In this document: positions 12,428 to 25,467 of the stretch, piece by piece
How the letters are laid out: each line of letters starts with the position of its first letter
How positions within the stretch are numbered: position 1 is the stretch's first letter
Assembly (NCBI GenBank): GCA_030390025.1
Contig: CM059425.1
Coordinates: forward strand, 174,222,001-174,286,000
Source of the DNA: Squalus acanthias
Taxonomy: Eukaryota
DNA: 64,000 nucleotides
Direction of reading: 5' to 3'
Translations under genes and position numbers: made by a program
Notes under the pieces: model-generated
Told to the model about the DNA's origin: nothing
The model's database searches: none
Seen by the model: the letters and a program-made list of their open reading frames with translations, nothing else

Positions 12428-14015
12428 AGAAGGATCACTAAAATATAGTAGTCAGGTGCAAAAAATAATCAAAAGGCTAATGGAACGTTAGCCTTTATAA
12501 CTAGACGGCTAGAGTATAAAGGGGAAGAAGTTTTGCTACAGCTATACAAAGCCCCGGTTAGACCACATCTGGAGTACTGTGTACAGTTCTGCGCACAGCA
12601 CCTTAGAAAGGATATATTGGCCTTGGAATGAGTGCAGCGCAGATTCACCAGAATGTTACCAGGACTACAAAGGTTAAATTGTGAGGAGAGATTACATAAA
12701 CTAAGCTTGTATTCCCTGGAATATAGAAGGTTATAAGAAGTAAGAGCAGGAGTAGGCCATACGGCCCCTCAAGCCTGCTCCGCCATTCAATAAGACCATG
12801 GCTGATCATCAACCTCAACTCCACTTTCCCGCCCGATCTCCATATCCCTGGATTCCCCTAGAGTCCAAAAATCTATCTATCTCAGCCCTGAATATACTCA
12901 AAGACTCAGCATTCGCAGCCCTCTGGGGCAGAGAATTCCAAAGATTCACAACCCTCTGAGTGAAGAAATTCTTCCTCATCTCAATCTTAAATGGCCTACC
13001 CCTTATCCTGAGACTATGCCCCTAGTTCTAGACACTCCAGCCAGGGGAAACAACCTCTCAGCATCTACCCTGTCAATCCCCTTCAGAATCTTGTAAGTTT
13101 CAATGAGATCACCTCTCATTCTTCTAACCTCCAGAGAGTATAGGCCCATTCTACACAATCTCTCATCATAGGACAGCCCTCTCATCCCAGGAATCAATCT
13201 AGTAAACCTTCGTTGCACTGCCTCCAAGGCAAGTATATCCTTCTTTAGATAAGGAGACCAAAATTGTGCGCAGTACTCCAGGTGTGGTTTCACCAAGGCC
13301 CTGTATAATTGTAGCAAGACTTCCTTACTCTTATACTCCAACCCCCTTGCAACAAAGGCCAACATGCCATTTGCCTTCCTTATTGCTTGCTGTACCTGCA
13401 TGCTAGCTTTCTGTGTTTCTTGCACGAGGACACCCAAATCTCTCTGAACACCAACATGTGAAAGTTTCTCACCATTTAAAAAATATTCTGTTTTTCTATT
13501 CTTCCTACCAAAGTGAATAACCTCACATTTCCTTACATTATACTCCATCTGCCACCTTACTGCCCACTCACTTAGTCTATCTATACCACTTTGCAGACTC
13601 TTTGTGTTCTCCTCACAGCTTACTGTCCCACCTAGCTTATGGGGTGTTGATTAAGGTTTTTAGGATTTGAAAGGAATTGATAGGGTAGATAGAGAGAAAC
13701 TTTGACCACTGATGGGGGGAGTCTAGAACAAGGGAACATAACCTTAAAATCAGAGCCAGGCCATTCAGGGGAGAAGTTAGGAGACACTTCTTCACGCAAA
13801 GGGTGGTAAAAATGTGGAACTCTCTCCCACACAAAGCAGTAGATGCTAGCTCAATTAATCATTTAAAATCTGAGATCGATAGATTTTAGCTAGCCAAGGT
13901 AATTAAGGGATATGGAGCCACGGCAGGTGGATGTAGTTAGGATACAGATCAGCCATGATCTCACTGAATGGCAGAACAGGCTCTAGGGGCTGAATGGCCT
14001 AGTCCTGTTTCTATA
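12428..14015 (+). mobile_element. Older CR1 3' fragment, interrupted at 12735-13636
   Basis: [14 protein letters not shown] coding sequence and CR1 3'UTR stem-loop; continuity across the insertion. Confidence 0.85.
12735..13636 (-). mobile_element. 5'-truncated CR1 inserted antisense into another CR1
   Basis: 181-aa ORF (KCEVIHFGRKN...LEYCAQFWSPY); short TSD TTAT at 12731-12734 and 13637-13640. Confidence 0.9.
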
Positions 14016-14484
14016 TGGTCATGAATACTGTGGCTCCAGCCCTATTGGAACCATGGGAATGTCATCTGTGCAACTTAAGTAATGTAGGATACAAACATTA
14101 GATGAATTTCAAGGAGCTTTTGCTGGATTGCTATTGAGGATTGGAGAGAAAATTCATTTTCTCTTCCTGGACCATAAATTTAGCATGACAACAAGTCTCT
14201 TATGCATTGTGTATTTTTGCATAATTTTATGCCTTTGAACCTGAAGGATTTAAACACAGGAGAGAAAAAAATGCTTAGTGCATCAAGCCAGATCCATTTC
14301 CTCCAAATGACATTTTTACTGGTTTTCCCTTGTGGGATTAGGGAAGATGAAGATGTTGAAAACCCCTCAATGCTTCTTGGGCTGGACCCAATGACAGATA
14401 TCCATCAACAATTCTTGATTTTATTTGTTCTAGAGGTCACTGGGGCCTTTTCCATTTGAATTTGGCAGAATCTAAAAAAATGCA

Positions 14485-14720
14485 GTCAGACATAAAAGAT
14501 CCCATGGCACTATTCGAAGAACAGCAGGGGAATTCTCCTGGTTTCCTGGTCAACATTTATCCCTCAACCAACATTGCTAAAACAGATTATCCGCTCATTT
14601 ATTTCATTGCTGTTTGTGGGAACTTGCTGTGCGCTAATTGGCTGCCATGTTTCCTACATTACAACAGTGAATACACTTCAAAAGTATTCCATTGATTGTA
14701 AAATGCCTTGGGATGTCCAG
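14485..14720 (+). mobile_element. Partial DeuSINE (SacSINE1-like)
   Basis: AAAAGATCCCATGGCACTATTCGAA and downstream sequence match the reverse complement of 29171-29570. Confidence 0.8.
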
Positions 14721-15397
14721 AGGTCGATCTTTCTTTATGCAGAAATGAAAATACAAATATTGCAGCCTTTACTTTACATTTCAAATTTTTCAATCTGTTA
14801 GCTTAAGGAAATGCATAAATTGTTATGAGAAACCATATTTAATCCTGTACAGACACCGATATAATTTTGTAAAAACATCATAATTAAGATTTTTTTTTAA
14901 GGGGGATTCACAATATTTTCATACCATGACAATACAGGAAAGCCAATGTGGCAAACCTTAGCCTTGCTGAATGAAGTTTGCCAATAACATCTACACGTGT
15001 CACTTTTGCAGAAAAAAGTGCTGTCCAATAGCAAGACTCACTGTGGCACTGCCCCCAAGAACATCTTAAATATGGATGTTGACCTAGATTGATATGGAGA
15101 CAGTGGATGACACTCCTATTGAGGAAGTGGGAGGGAGACACACACCAGCTGATATGCCCCAAACTCATTCTACCTCTCCAGATTTGCGAAGTAATTAACA
15201 TGAATGACTCAATGCTGTTACACATCATTGGGTACAGGCACAGGAGAAGCCGTAAAAACCCAACTGGTTCAATAATGTCCTTTAGGGAAGGAAACCTGCC
15301 GTACTTACCCAGGCTGGCCTATATGTAACTCCAGACATGAAGGGTACATTTTCCTTTGTATGTAAAAGCAAAGAAAAATTGTTTATCTAAAATGCCA

Positions 15398-16230
15398 TTT
15401 ACATAGGATTACATAGGATATACGGCACAGAAACAGGCCATTCGGCCCAACCAGTCCATGCCGGCGTTTATGCTCCACTTGAGCCTCCTTCCGTCTTTCT
15501 TCATCTAAATCTATCAGCATTAACCCTCTATTCCCTTCTCCCTCATATGCTTATCTAGCCTCCCCTTAAATGCATCTATATTTTTTGCTTCGACCACTCC
15601 CTGTGGTAGCAAGTTCCACATTCTCACCACTCTTTGGGTAAAGAAGTTTCTTCTGAATTCCCTATTGGATTTCTTGGTGACTATCTTATATTGATGGCCT
15701 CCAGTTATGCTCTTCCCCACAAGTAGAAACATTCTCTCTGTATCTACTCTATTAAAACCTTTCATAATTTTAAAGACCTCTATTAGGTCAGCCCTCCGCC
15801 TTCTTTTTTCAAGAGAAAAGAGACCCAGCCTGTTTATCCTTTCCTGATACGTGTACCCTCGCATTTCTGGTATCATCCTTGTAAATCATCTCTGCACCCT
15901 CTCCAGTGCCTCTATATCCTTTTTATAATATGGTGACCAGAACTGTATGCAGTACTCTAAGTGTGGTCCAACCATGGTTCGATACAGGTTTAGCATAACT
16001 TCCCTACTTTTCAATTCTATACCGCTAGAAATAAACCCTAGTGCTTGGTTTGCTTTTTTTATGGCCTTGCTAACCTGTGTCGCAACTTTTAGTGATTTAT
16101 GTATTTGTACTCCGAGATCCCTTTGTTCCTCTACCCCCCTAGACTCGCACCCTCCAAGTAATAAGTGACTTCCCTATTGTTCCTACCAAAATGTAATATC
16201 TCACATTTATCTGTGTTGAACTTATACTGG
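15398..16230 (-). mobile_element. CR1 3' fragment (same subfamily as 42226-44312)
   Basis: MIPEMRGYTY...FFTQRVVRMWN; TTACATAGGA repeat tail. Confidence 0.9.
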
Positions 16231-16518
16231 CAGTTTAATCAAAGAATGTTGCTTTAACTTTACACAAGAGAAAAGAATATCCATGGACAGCTTCACCTCT
16301 GGGAGTAGATTAACATCAGGTCTGACTGAGGAAGAATATTACCTTTTTTAAACTGTTTCAAAGTTGAGAAAAGTACCACCTGTTTCGATGCAAAAAGATT
16401 CAACAAGCACATTCCTGATAATAACAAGTAGTTAACAAGTAGTGAACAAGCCCTTAATGAGTTTAAAAAAATCTTTTTTCATTATTTACATTCGCAGCAC
16501 TTTGCAAACAGATGCTAA

Positions 16519-18305
16519 GGGCTGAATTTTGCCAGCGCTCAGAGTGCGGGTTTGGAGGCGGGTCTGTTGTCAAAATCGAAATGATTGACAGCAGGTTGGG
16601 AGCCCGCTCCGAACCCGCCTCCATGTAAGTTTCCAAAGTGTCGGGTCTGCGATTTCAGAACAGACCCGACACCAAGCGGCGGGGGAGGCATTTAAGATAG
16701 TTAAATGCTTGTTAAACGCTTGTTAACTACTATTTTACCACTTTTTTAACGAGGTTCACTTCTTTCGGAGATCACGTCAGGTAAGTAGGTTGGGTTCTCT
16801 ATCTCTCCGCATTGCTGTGAATAGGTGACAGCTGCAAAAGTGGTATGAAAGCTACCATTTCACAGCTGTTCACTTTCCAATGTCAGAAGCTTGAGCCTTC
16901 AGGACTTGGAAGACACTTTTGAGCTGTATGCAGTTTGGAAGTGTTTGGAGTAAACTCTCTATCCACTGTCACCTCCTTGGAGCAAGCTCTCTCACCATTG
17001 AAAGATCGCTTCTGTCATCTCAACTTCAGCTGCCATCTATTCCAGCAACATCGGTGCTCTTGAAAAAATCTCACCTTGGTCCTCTGAATCCCTCCACGAT
17101 CAGCCCCAACACCAACATCACCAGGCATACCAGCAGCACCAGGCACACCAACAACAATACCAACCTTCTCCGCAATCACCTGATGCTGCAGAGGACACAG
17201 GGCATCAGCACCCGACCACATTGCTGCCCGGGAGGCCAGCGATGGCCTCACCATGGCCAGATTTACTTCACTTGACGCTGTACACCCTGGCTGCCACATG
17301 ATGCGCCAGGTTGACACTGCCCCACATCAGCACCATAAAGCATCCCTACAATGGGCAAGCCATTCATTGCACACTCATCACAATTGGGGGGGGGGGGGGG
17401 GGGGGGGGGGCGGAAATTATGTCTCAACATCCACTGGAACTCACTAAGACATTTCCAAAGGTGAGCACAGATCCTTCCAATAAAGTAAAGTGTTGAAAAT
17501 ATAGATTTCAATGTTTCACAACACACTAGCAGAAAATTTACATGAACATTGCATAAAGCACCCAAGTGCCTACCCTTGTGTGTTGTTAATTGGTATGATT
17601 GCACTAGGATGAGGGTGTGTGTGAGGGGTGGCTACTGAGATGGGGAATTGATAATGTAGATAGAGAGGGATGGGTGGAGGTGCAAGGTAAGTTGGTGTGA
17701 GTAAGGATGTGCAGGAGTACTGTAGGGGAGCCAGAGTGATAGGGATGTGATGAGTGGCACAGCAGGATGAGGTTGGGTGTGGATTTGCAGTAACGTTTCG
17801 TGGTCTATCGAGATCAATGAAAGGTTTGCGCCACTGCAGCCAGGTCCTCCTGACCACATCCCTGCTTGTGCCCTCCTGTGCAATGTGCAACCAGGCTGCA
17901 TTGGTCTCCTGGGGATGTCTCTTCCGCCCTTGGAAGGGAAGAGAATTTTCCTGCGTGCTGTGACTATCTCCATAAGCATATGGAGGAAGTCATGCCGGAG
18001 CCTGGGTGCAGCTGTGCACCTTTGTGCAGTGCTTTATTGCACCTCAATGCTGTAGAACACTGACAGAACGACTGTCAAAATGAATGTGGCCATGATCCCT
18101 TTAAGGAAACCGGCTGATGACGCGTCATCAAATGACGTCATTAGAGCTGCTTCCTTTTAATTGGCCGGGAACCTTGCAGAGCGGGCTTAACAAGCCCAAT
18201 CAGGGGAAAATCCTTTTCACAGAGAGGCTGGAGCCAGAAGCTGGACCGGGACCCACCAACAACCTCTCCCACTGCAATCCCGCCTCCGATGGCAAAATCG
18301 CGGCC
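16519..18305. mobile_element. Non-autonomous Harbinger element with decayed Myb/SANT ORF on the minus strand
   Basis: TIRs GGGCTGAATTTTGCCA / TGGCAAAATCGCGGCC; canonical TAA TSD (16516-16518, 18306-18308); peptides LMEIVTARRKILFP and RTWLQWRKPFIDL. Confidence 0.85.
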
Positions 18306-18469
18306 TAAGAATCCATTTTTAAGGGAATTTATAAAAATAGCTTTCTTCAACAGTTTACACAATGCACCTTTTTCCCCAAGAGATTACACCAGGAGGAAAA
18401 CATAGGCCACTGGATTTAGGCTACTCTACCATTTATCATTCCCACTGGTAAGGTTCCTTCAAGTCCAAG

Positions 18470-20108
18470 GGCCTCAGGCATAAGCATATCTGGTCCAGAA
18501 CTAGTTTAGCCATCCATCACGAGACTGGCTGGACCACATCAAGCGCTACCAAGCCTCACTCTCCATTGAAAAAACTACCCACTACTCCAGAATCAGCCTG
18601 GAGAGCCAAGCTAAATCCCAGCTTCTTTATTCTACCACCAACCGTCTCCTTAAATCCATCTCCCCTGCACCCCCACTACCAAGTCGAAGGTGCTCATGGA
18701 CTTCTTTGTCATTAAAATTAAGACCATCTGTTCAGCTGCTGCTGGTGCTTCCCCACCATTCCAAACCTCCTCCCCAGCTCACGGCTGTCCTAGCCCTGAA
18801 CCTGCATCTTTCTCGTTTCACTCCTATTTCCCCTCAGGCCTCTCCAAGCTCCTCTTATCCATGAGACCCTTAAACTGCTCCCTTAAATCCCATTCCTACT
18901 AAAATGCTGACCACCCAACTTCTCATCCTGGCCCCCATGTTAGATGATATCGTAATTGGTTCCCTCTATCTTTCAAAACTGCTGTCATCACCTCTTTCCT
19001 GAAAAAAAGACAACCTTGACTCCTCTGTCCCTGAAAACTACTACCCCATCTCCAACCTCTCTTTCCTCTCCAAGGTTCTTGAGTGCACTATCATCAACCA
19101 AATCCATGTGCATCTTTCCCACCACTCCATGTCTGAATCTCTCTAAACAGGTTTAGCATTGGGAAGACTGAAGCCATTGTCTTTGGCCCACGCTACAAAC
19201 TCTGTACCCTCGCCATCGATTCCACCCCCTCCCCAGCCACTATCTCAGGCTGAATCAGATTTTTTGCAACCTCTGTGTCCTATTCAATCCCAAGCTGAAC
19301 TTCCGACCCCATATCCCCTGTGTCATAGACCACTTACTTCCTCTGTAACAATGCCCGTCTCCACCCCTATCTCAATCCATCTGTTGCTGAAACCAGCATC
19401 TGTGCCTTGGTCACCTCCAGACTCAACTACTCCAATGCTCTCCTGGCCAGCCTCTTCAGTTTATGTACCCTTTAGCGCATCCAAAACTCTGCTGCCATAT
19501 TCTATCCCATACCAAGTCCCACTCACCCTGACCCACATTGGTTCCCGGTCATCCAATTTAAAAATTTTGAGTTGGCCATCAACAAATGCTGCGCGCAAAG
19601 TTGGCTGCAGTAAATTCAAATCATTCACTACTACAGGCACCAGTTGGCATCAACTTCCACAGTTATCTCTGGTCCCAGGATGAAACTTTTTGACAGAGTG
19701 ATTATGATCTAGGGCAAGTGCTATCTTAATTGGATGCAAATTAATTAAGTTAATTTATGAAAAGGATGGTCCATTTCAAGAGAGGTTGTACATTTAAGAG
19801 TAAAAAGCAGCATTGTTTTGCACTTTATATAACTCAGATTATATCTTTCATTACAAGCAAAACTATATTGGCAGCAGTGTCTTCATCTGCCTAGGCTCTA
19901 AACTCTGGAATTCCCTCCCTAAACCTCTCCGCCTCTCTTTCCTCCTTTAAGACGTTCCTTAAAACCTACCTCTTTGACCAAGCTTTTGGTCACCTGTCCT
20001 AAAATTTCCTTATATTGTTCAGTGTCAAATATTGTTTAATATTGCTCCTGTGAAGCGCCTTGGAACATTTTACTCTGTTAAAGATGCTTTATAAATGCAA
20101 GTTGTTGT
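18470..20108 (+). mobile_element. Decayed L2 fragments (18470-19570; 3' end 19870-20108)
   Basis: Similar to the reverse complement of 4354-6750; L2-type 3' tail ...tataaatgcaagttgttg. Confidence 0.75.
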
Positions 20109-20564
20109 ATTCACATTTATTCTTAGTAACAAAACAATTTCCACCCACAAAGTGTAAGCTGCAAATGCCTATAGCTTTTGATTTTAAAGGAACAAATCAT
20201 TACAGTTTTTTGACACCATTAGTGAAATAGCAGACTCGAAAAAAATATCCATACCGAGTTTAGAATTTGTGAAAGGACACCAAGCAAGTACAGTATATTA
20301 CAGTGGAATTACTTTAATACTTAATAGTTTTCAGTTTAATTAATCAATTAGTCATTAGACTTTATTTACACTTTACAAATTGATACGAGTTAAAAGATAA
20401 AAAATAATTTAATACTGTACAATTTACTGATTATTCAAAGTATTAGAATTCTGTATTGTAAATGGAATATGAAAACACAATGAAAAAATAAAGAAGAAAC
20501 AAAATGATTCAGGTAGCACCTTTTAAATATTACAAATATAAATAAGAACCTTATATGGGGAAAT

Positions 20565-20690
20565 TTAGAAAGATGTGCTTAAAGGCTGAGATGAGGTAGA
20601 TGGAATGGGAGGAGACTCGTGTGGACTACAAACACCAGCACAGACTATTTGGGCCAAATGGCCTGTTTCTGTGCTGTATAATCTATGTAA
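20565..20690 (+). mobile_element. Short CR1 3'UTR remnant
   Basis: gggccaaatggcctgtttctgtgctgta stem-loop and tail. Confidence 0.7.
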
Positions 20691-21979
20691 TTTAAGATAT
20701 AAAAGAGTCAATTTAACAACATTAAAGCCTCTACTGAATACAGATACTGCATAAGGCATTCACACCATTGTAAGGTCCAAAATCCATGATATTTTACTAA
20801 ATATATACAGAGACATTGGATCAAATTACTGGGAAATGACCTAATAGGTCCATTTGTTTGGAAAACTGCAATGATATATTTGTTGTATTGAAAAACAATC
20901 ATGTAGATTTTCAAAAAGAATATGATTTCAAAATTTATTGTTTCAGAAAAGACAAATAAAGCTCTTTGTCTAAAATTATTTTCCTACTTTCTAAAGGAGT
21001 TTAGATAATATAAATCTAAAACTGCACATGAATATATTAAACTGTAATTGCTGAACGTAATTAAACGCATACATGTTTCCACTAAGATGTACAATCTACG
21101 GCATTGGTTTACACCAGTGTACAAAGAAGCATGTTACTCGTTTTGGTGATTTATTAACCACGAACCCACTGAATCATAACTACACATTTTTGTCTGAGAC
21201 GGTCAATCCTTACCCTTATCTGCATGGTTTTCTGGCAGAGGCGGGACTGCAGGCAGGTCTCCCCAGTTCCTAAAGGAGAACAAACTATAAGGAAAAGAAC
21301 ATGCATAACTTTTATTTATAATTATTTGCAATGTACGTAACAATGATCTTTTCAAGCACATTGTTAACTTCACAATTTTAATATCTGCAATACCAAGTAA
21401 ATTAGCTGTAATTTTAGACAACTTAAATGTGCCAGTTACCCAATATAAAACCACTTTCTAAATCTGCAAAGGCTGAAAGAAAATTAAGTCGGAGTATTAG
21501 GTTCTAAGACTGCAAGACTGAAAGAACAAAAGAATGCTTGTATGGATAGCTCTGCACAACGCTTACCACGCCAGCTACTACAGTACTAGCTGACCAGAAA
21601 CAAAATCGATATTCTTAAATATAATTTTTTTTTTCAAGACTGAACTGCAGAACAGATTGCTTCACGGTACAATACTTACAGACAAAGCCCTTTGCCCCGC
21701 TCCACCTTCTATCTACATACAGATTTGCATGTAGCTCCCAAAATGGGGAGCAATTTTTTTCAAAAATGCAATAATTACTGCACTCCAAAAATGAAGTACA
21801 GTCAGCTTTTGAAAAGCTCCCAAAAAAAGCTGGTTTACTGTCTACCCTAGTGCCCGTAGTTGGAGTGTATCGAACAATGAGCTAATTCTGTAGCTTGCTG
21901 GCATTAATCCAACCCTTCAGTGGTGGTTAGTGGTGCTGCTGCAAAGCCAGACTGCTTACTCTGCATTAATAATCAACTC

Positions 21980-22300
21980 AAAGTCCCCCCTGTCTGGGAG
22001 AGGCAACCAATCAAGGCGCAGAGAACCCCAGAATCCGCCGCTCAACCTAACCTGGTTCTCCGGCCCAGCCTATCCCCGCCTCCCATTGGTCCGCTGACGT
22101 CACTGGGATTCTATTTTGGAATGTTGCTAGCCTTGAAGGGCGTCGCGCGCAGTGGCGTTTGCTGTCAATCAGCCGGCGTGAGGCTCCAGCAAGGTTGGAT
22201 GCGAGGCGCTGTCTGGATACTGCTGTGTTGACTCATTGCCAGGGACGCTCAAACTGGGAGTCGTGCGTCTCACGCAGCCTATGTTATATAAGGTGGTGGA
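21980..22300. promoter_or_regulatory. Pol II promoter-like motif cluster in non-repetitive, CpG-richer DNA
   Basis: CCAAT 22007-22011; GC box CCCCGCC 22074-22080; ATTGG 22085-22089; perfect CRE TGACGTCA 22095-22102; PBX/PREP decamer CTGTCAATCA 22162-22171; AP-1 TGACTCA 22229-22235. Confidence 0.7.
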
Positions 22301-22984
22301 GCAACATTTCGGACCCCAGCCAAAAAAAACCAAAATGCATACAGATAATCTATGTTATTTATGTTCAAAAATCCAGTGAGCTCCCAGCAATTATGCCTGG
22401 AAGATTGCACGGATTATTCCTAAGAGCTTTTGCAAAGTAATATGTACTGTAAAAGATTACCATATCCTACACTTTACATTAAGAACATAAATCTAAATGT
22501 AGTACCCCATTAATGCTTCCTTTTTTCATGAATATTTGGGTATAAAGGAACGATTGACATGCCCTGCTAAAATGATCCGGAAGATGGCATACTTTTGGTT
22601 ATGTGGTACATATTAGCATTGAAGTTGCAAGGTACTTGTAAAATTTCATCTAAATATTGTTTTACAAACTAAACAAGAATTCCTGAAATCCGCGTTGACT
22701 AATAAATTGACACAAATCCCTTTAATCCTGCCAAATGGTTACTGTTTCCGTAAACGGTTAGAAGCTGGGGTTGTTATGATGTAATCGACACTTGCAATGC
22801 AGGCACAAGTACCGCACATCCCGAATTTTGTTGAAGGTTTTTTTTTAACCACCCGGTGTTTTAATTATACTAGCCATACATCTTTTAGATTAAGACTCTG
22901 TCATTTGAGACTATGCAGATAGTCCAGCGTCCAGGCAGGTACACCCCTTCACTGGGATTGAGCTGCCATGAAAACCTCATGTTA

Positions 22985-23123
22985 CAGCAAAATCAAAACT
23001 GCGGATGCTGGAAATCGGAAATATAAGCAGAAAATGCTGGAAATACTCAGCAGGTCAAACAACATCTGTGGAGAGAGAGAAACGGAGTTAACGTTTCAGG
23101 TCGATGACCTTTCGTCAGAACTG
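22985..23123 (-). mobile_element. Short Penelope-like (pLTR-derived) retroposed element
   Basis: 139 bp between 13-bp direct repeats AAACCTCATGTTA (22972-22984, 23124-23136); homologous to 54054-54234. Confidence 0.8.
23086..23122 (-). ncRNA. Minimal type I hammerhead ribozyme motif
   Basis: Minus strand AGUU-CUGACGA-A-AGGUC(AUC)GACCU-GAAA-CG-UU-AACU: conserved core, helix I AGUU/AACU, 5-bp helix II, palindromic helix III region. Confidence 0.72.
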
Positions 23124-24491
23124 AAACCTCATGTTAGATTACCCAACAGTGAAGTGAAAGGAAATATAAGTTTCTGTTCAAATAATGTATAAACCGTTTA
23201 AATAAAGTGCAATAAGCCAACTGAATTGTGGGTAGCCAAATGAATTTTAAAACCGAAATTGTGTTTGTAGTTGCCGCACGCTTCATTATATGCTTAGCTC
23301 AACAGTCAGTACCTTTTCTCCATTAGAGATTAATGCAAGGCGGATATTTTTTGTTACATCAAAGCACGTTTAATTACTGTTGTTGGCCGAGATCAAAATA
23401 TTGCGATGCAATTATTTTGACAAGAACAGAATAAAATGCAGACAATTCTACACTGTCTCGTTTAGGTTTCCAACGTATTTTTACCGGCTGTTCAGAATTT
23501 TCCTCTTTGTGGTGTTCAGTCTGGTCTTACAATCAATGAACAAACAGCTTTGCACGTGGTATGGACTTTGTCTCTCGAGATCATACAGGTTTTAATAGGA
23601 ATTATAGCAGTGGTAATAACGGCTTTTACATCGTGTTCCAAAAAATGTTCTAAAGGTGTGTGTGTGTGGGTAAGTGTCTGAATTAATAATGATGGAATGA
23701 AATTATTTGCAGAGGGACAGACATTCAGAGAGAGACACAAGGCGATTTGAGTATCCCTGTTTTCTTTTGTTTATATTGGAGATACAAAAACATTGTTTAC
23801 AGCAAGTTAACTTATTTTTCTTAGTGCAAAGGTCAGAGAGTGCCTTTCCTTAGACTATAACATTATTTATAGGATTGTTTATTTTTCCAAATAATTTAAA
23901 AATAAGTTAGAAGCTGAACGTTAAAAACATTTTGAGGTAAAGTTTCAAGAGGTAAGTTATTATCAAATGCTTAGGGCCAAGGACAGCATACCCAGTGCTG
24001 CCAGACCCCAGGACTCGCTCACCATTGCTCTGACCCCTTACCCTAGGTCTCAATGTTGCCGGAAAACTGCCAACCCAATGCAGCCCTACCTCAGGACCTC
24101 CCACCTAGTGCTGCCATAGCTCAGGACCATCCACAGTGCTGCCAGACCCTATGACTCTGTCCTTCTGCTGACAATCACTGAGACCCCCTCCTACATTGCT
24201 GCCATACCCTGGGTTCTCTCAGTACTGATTTCAATGGGCAGAAAATTGAGGGCAGTACCTGCTGTTTGAATGCCCTATCATTTCTCAAAAAAATTCAACA
24301 CAGCTATCTATCCACAACTTGGTAGATCTTGCCAACTTCTTGCTGTGTATTCTGGGGTTTAAAAAGGAAAAAAGATAAAAACTTGTTTCAGGATTTCATT
24401 CTTCAGCACTCGTGGTGCACATGGGGAGAGTGAAAATCAGGAAATTACACATCCCAGCCTGTGATTTTCTGACCATTAATTTTAATGGACA

Positions 24492-25145
24492 GAACATAAG
24501 AAATAGGAGCAGGAGTAAACCATACAACCCCTCGAGCCTGCTCCGCCATTCAATAAGATCATGGCTGAACTTCTACATCAACTCCACTTTCCCGCTCGAT
24601 CTCCATATCCATTGATTCCCTTAGTGCCCAAAAATCTATTGATCTCCGTCTTGAATATACTCATCGACTGAGCATCGACAACCCTCTGGGATAGAGAATT
24701 TCAAAGATTCGCAACCCTCTGAGTGAAGAAATTACTCCTCCATCTCAGTCCTAAATGGCCAGGGGAAACAGCCTCTCAGCATCCACCCTGTCAAGCTATC
24801 TAAGAATTTTATACATTTCAATTAATCTCTCCTCATAGGACAGCCCTTTCATCCGGGAATCAATCTAGTGAACCTTCGTTGCGCCCCCTCTAAGGCAAGT
24901 ATATCCTTCCTTAGGTAACGAGACCAAAACTGTACACAGTACTCCAAGTGTGGTGTCACCAAAGCCCTGTACAATTTTAGCAAAACTTCCTTACTCTTAT
25001 ACTTCAAACCCCTTGCAATAAAGACCAACATACCATTTGCCTTCCTAATTGCTTGCTGTACCTGCATGTTAACTTTCTGTGATTTGTGTACAAGGACCCC
25101 CAAATCCCTCTGAATGCCAACATTTACTAGTCTCTCACCTTCTTA
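24492..25145 (-). mobile_element. CR1 3' fragment with internal deletions
   Basis: [20 protein letters not shown]; aacataagaaataggagcagg tail. Confidence 0.88.
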
Positions 25146-25467
25146 AAAAATAATCAGCCTTGCTGTACCAGTCTACCTGGCCATACATCAGCTGGTGCCA
25201 TTTCTCCTTCCTCTTTCGCCTCATCTTCTACTTCTAGGTTTGCCTCCCGGTATGTTTTTTATGTCAAAGTTCATACTTTACCTTGTACTGGTGTTGTACA
25301 GAAAAATGATATTACTCCTAAGAATAGTTTCCTAGCATTTTTATTCTTAGTAATTTTCCCTTGGAAAGGACAAATAACAAGCCCTGACATGCTCTGTGAA
25401 TAGCAATCTTGCTGTCAATCGTAAAACTTTATAAAAGTTGTAGGCACAAATGCATGTTAGAGTGAGT

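Noticed and set aside
14340..14472. Minus-strand calpain-like words (WKRP...IVDG...QEAL)
   Set aside because: In-frame stop after WKRPQ, no catalytic GDCW motif and no further similarity; likely coincidence.
17386..17410. Poly-G tracts (also 7592-7613) as poly-Gly coding or functional elements
   Set aside because: Homopolymers inside TIR elements; their length may be a slippage or sequencing effect.
22120..22190. Resemblance to vertebrate telomerase RNA (gaagggcgt..., gctgtcaatcagccggcg)
   Set aside because: No CUAACCCU template and no downstream complement for the P3 pseudoknot; CTGTCAATCA is better explained as a PBX/PREP site.
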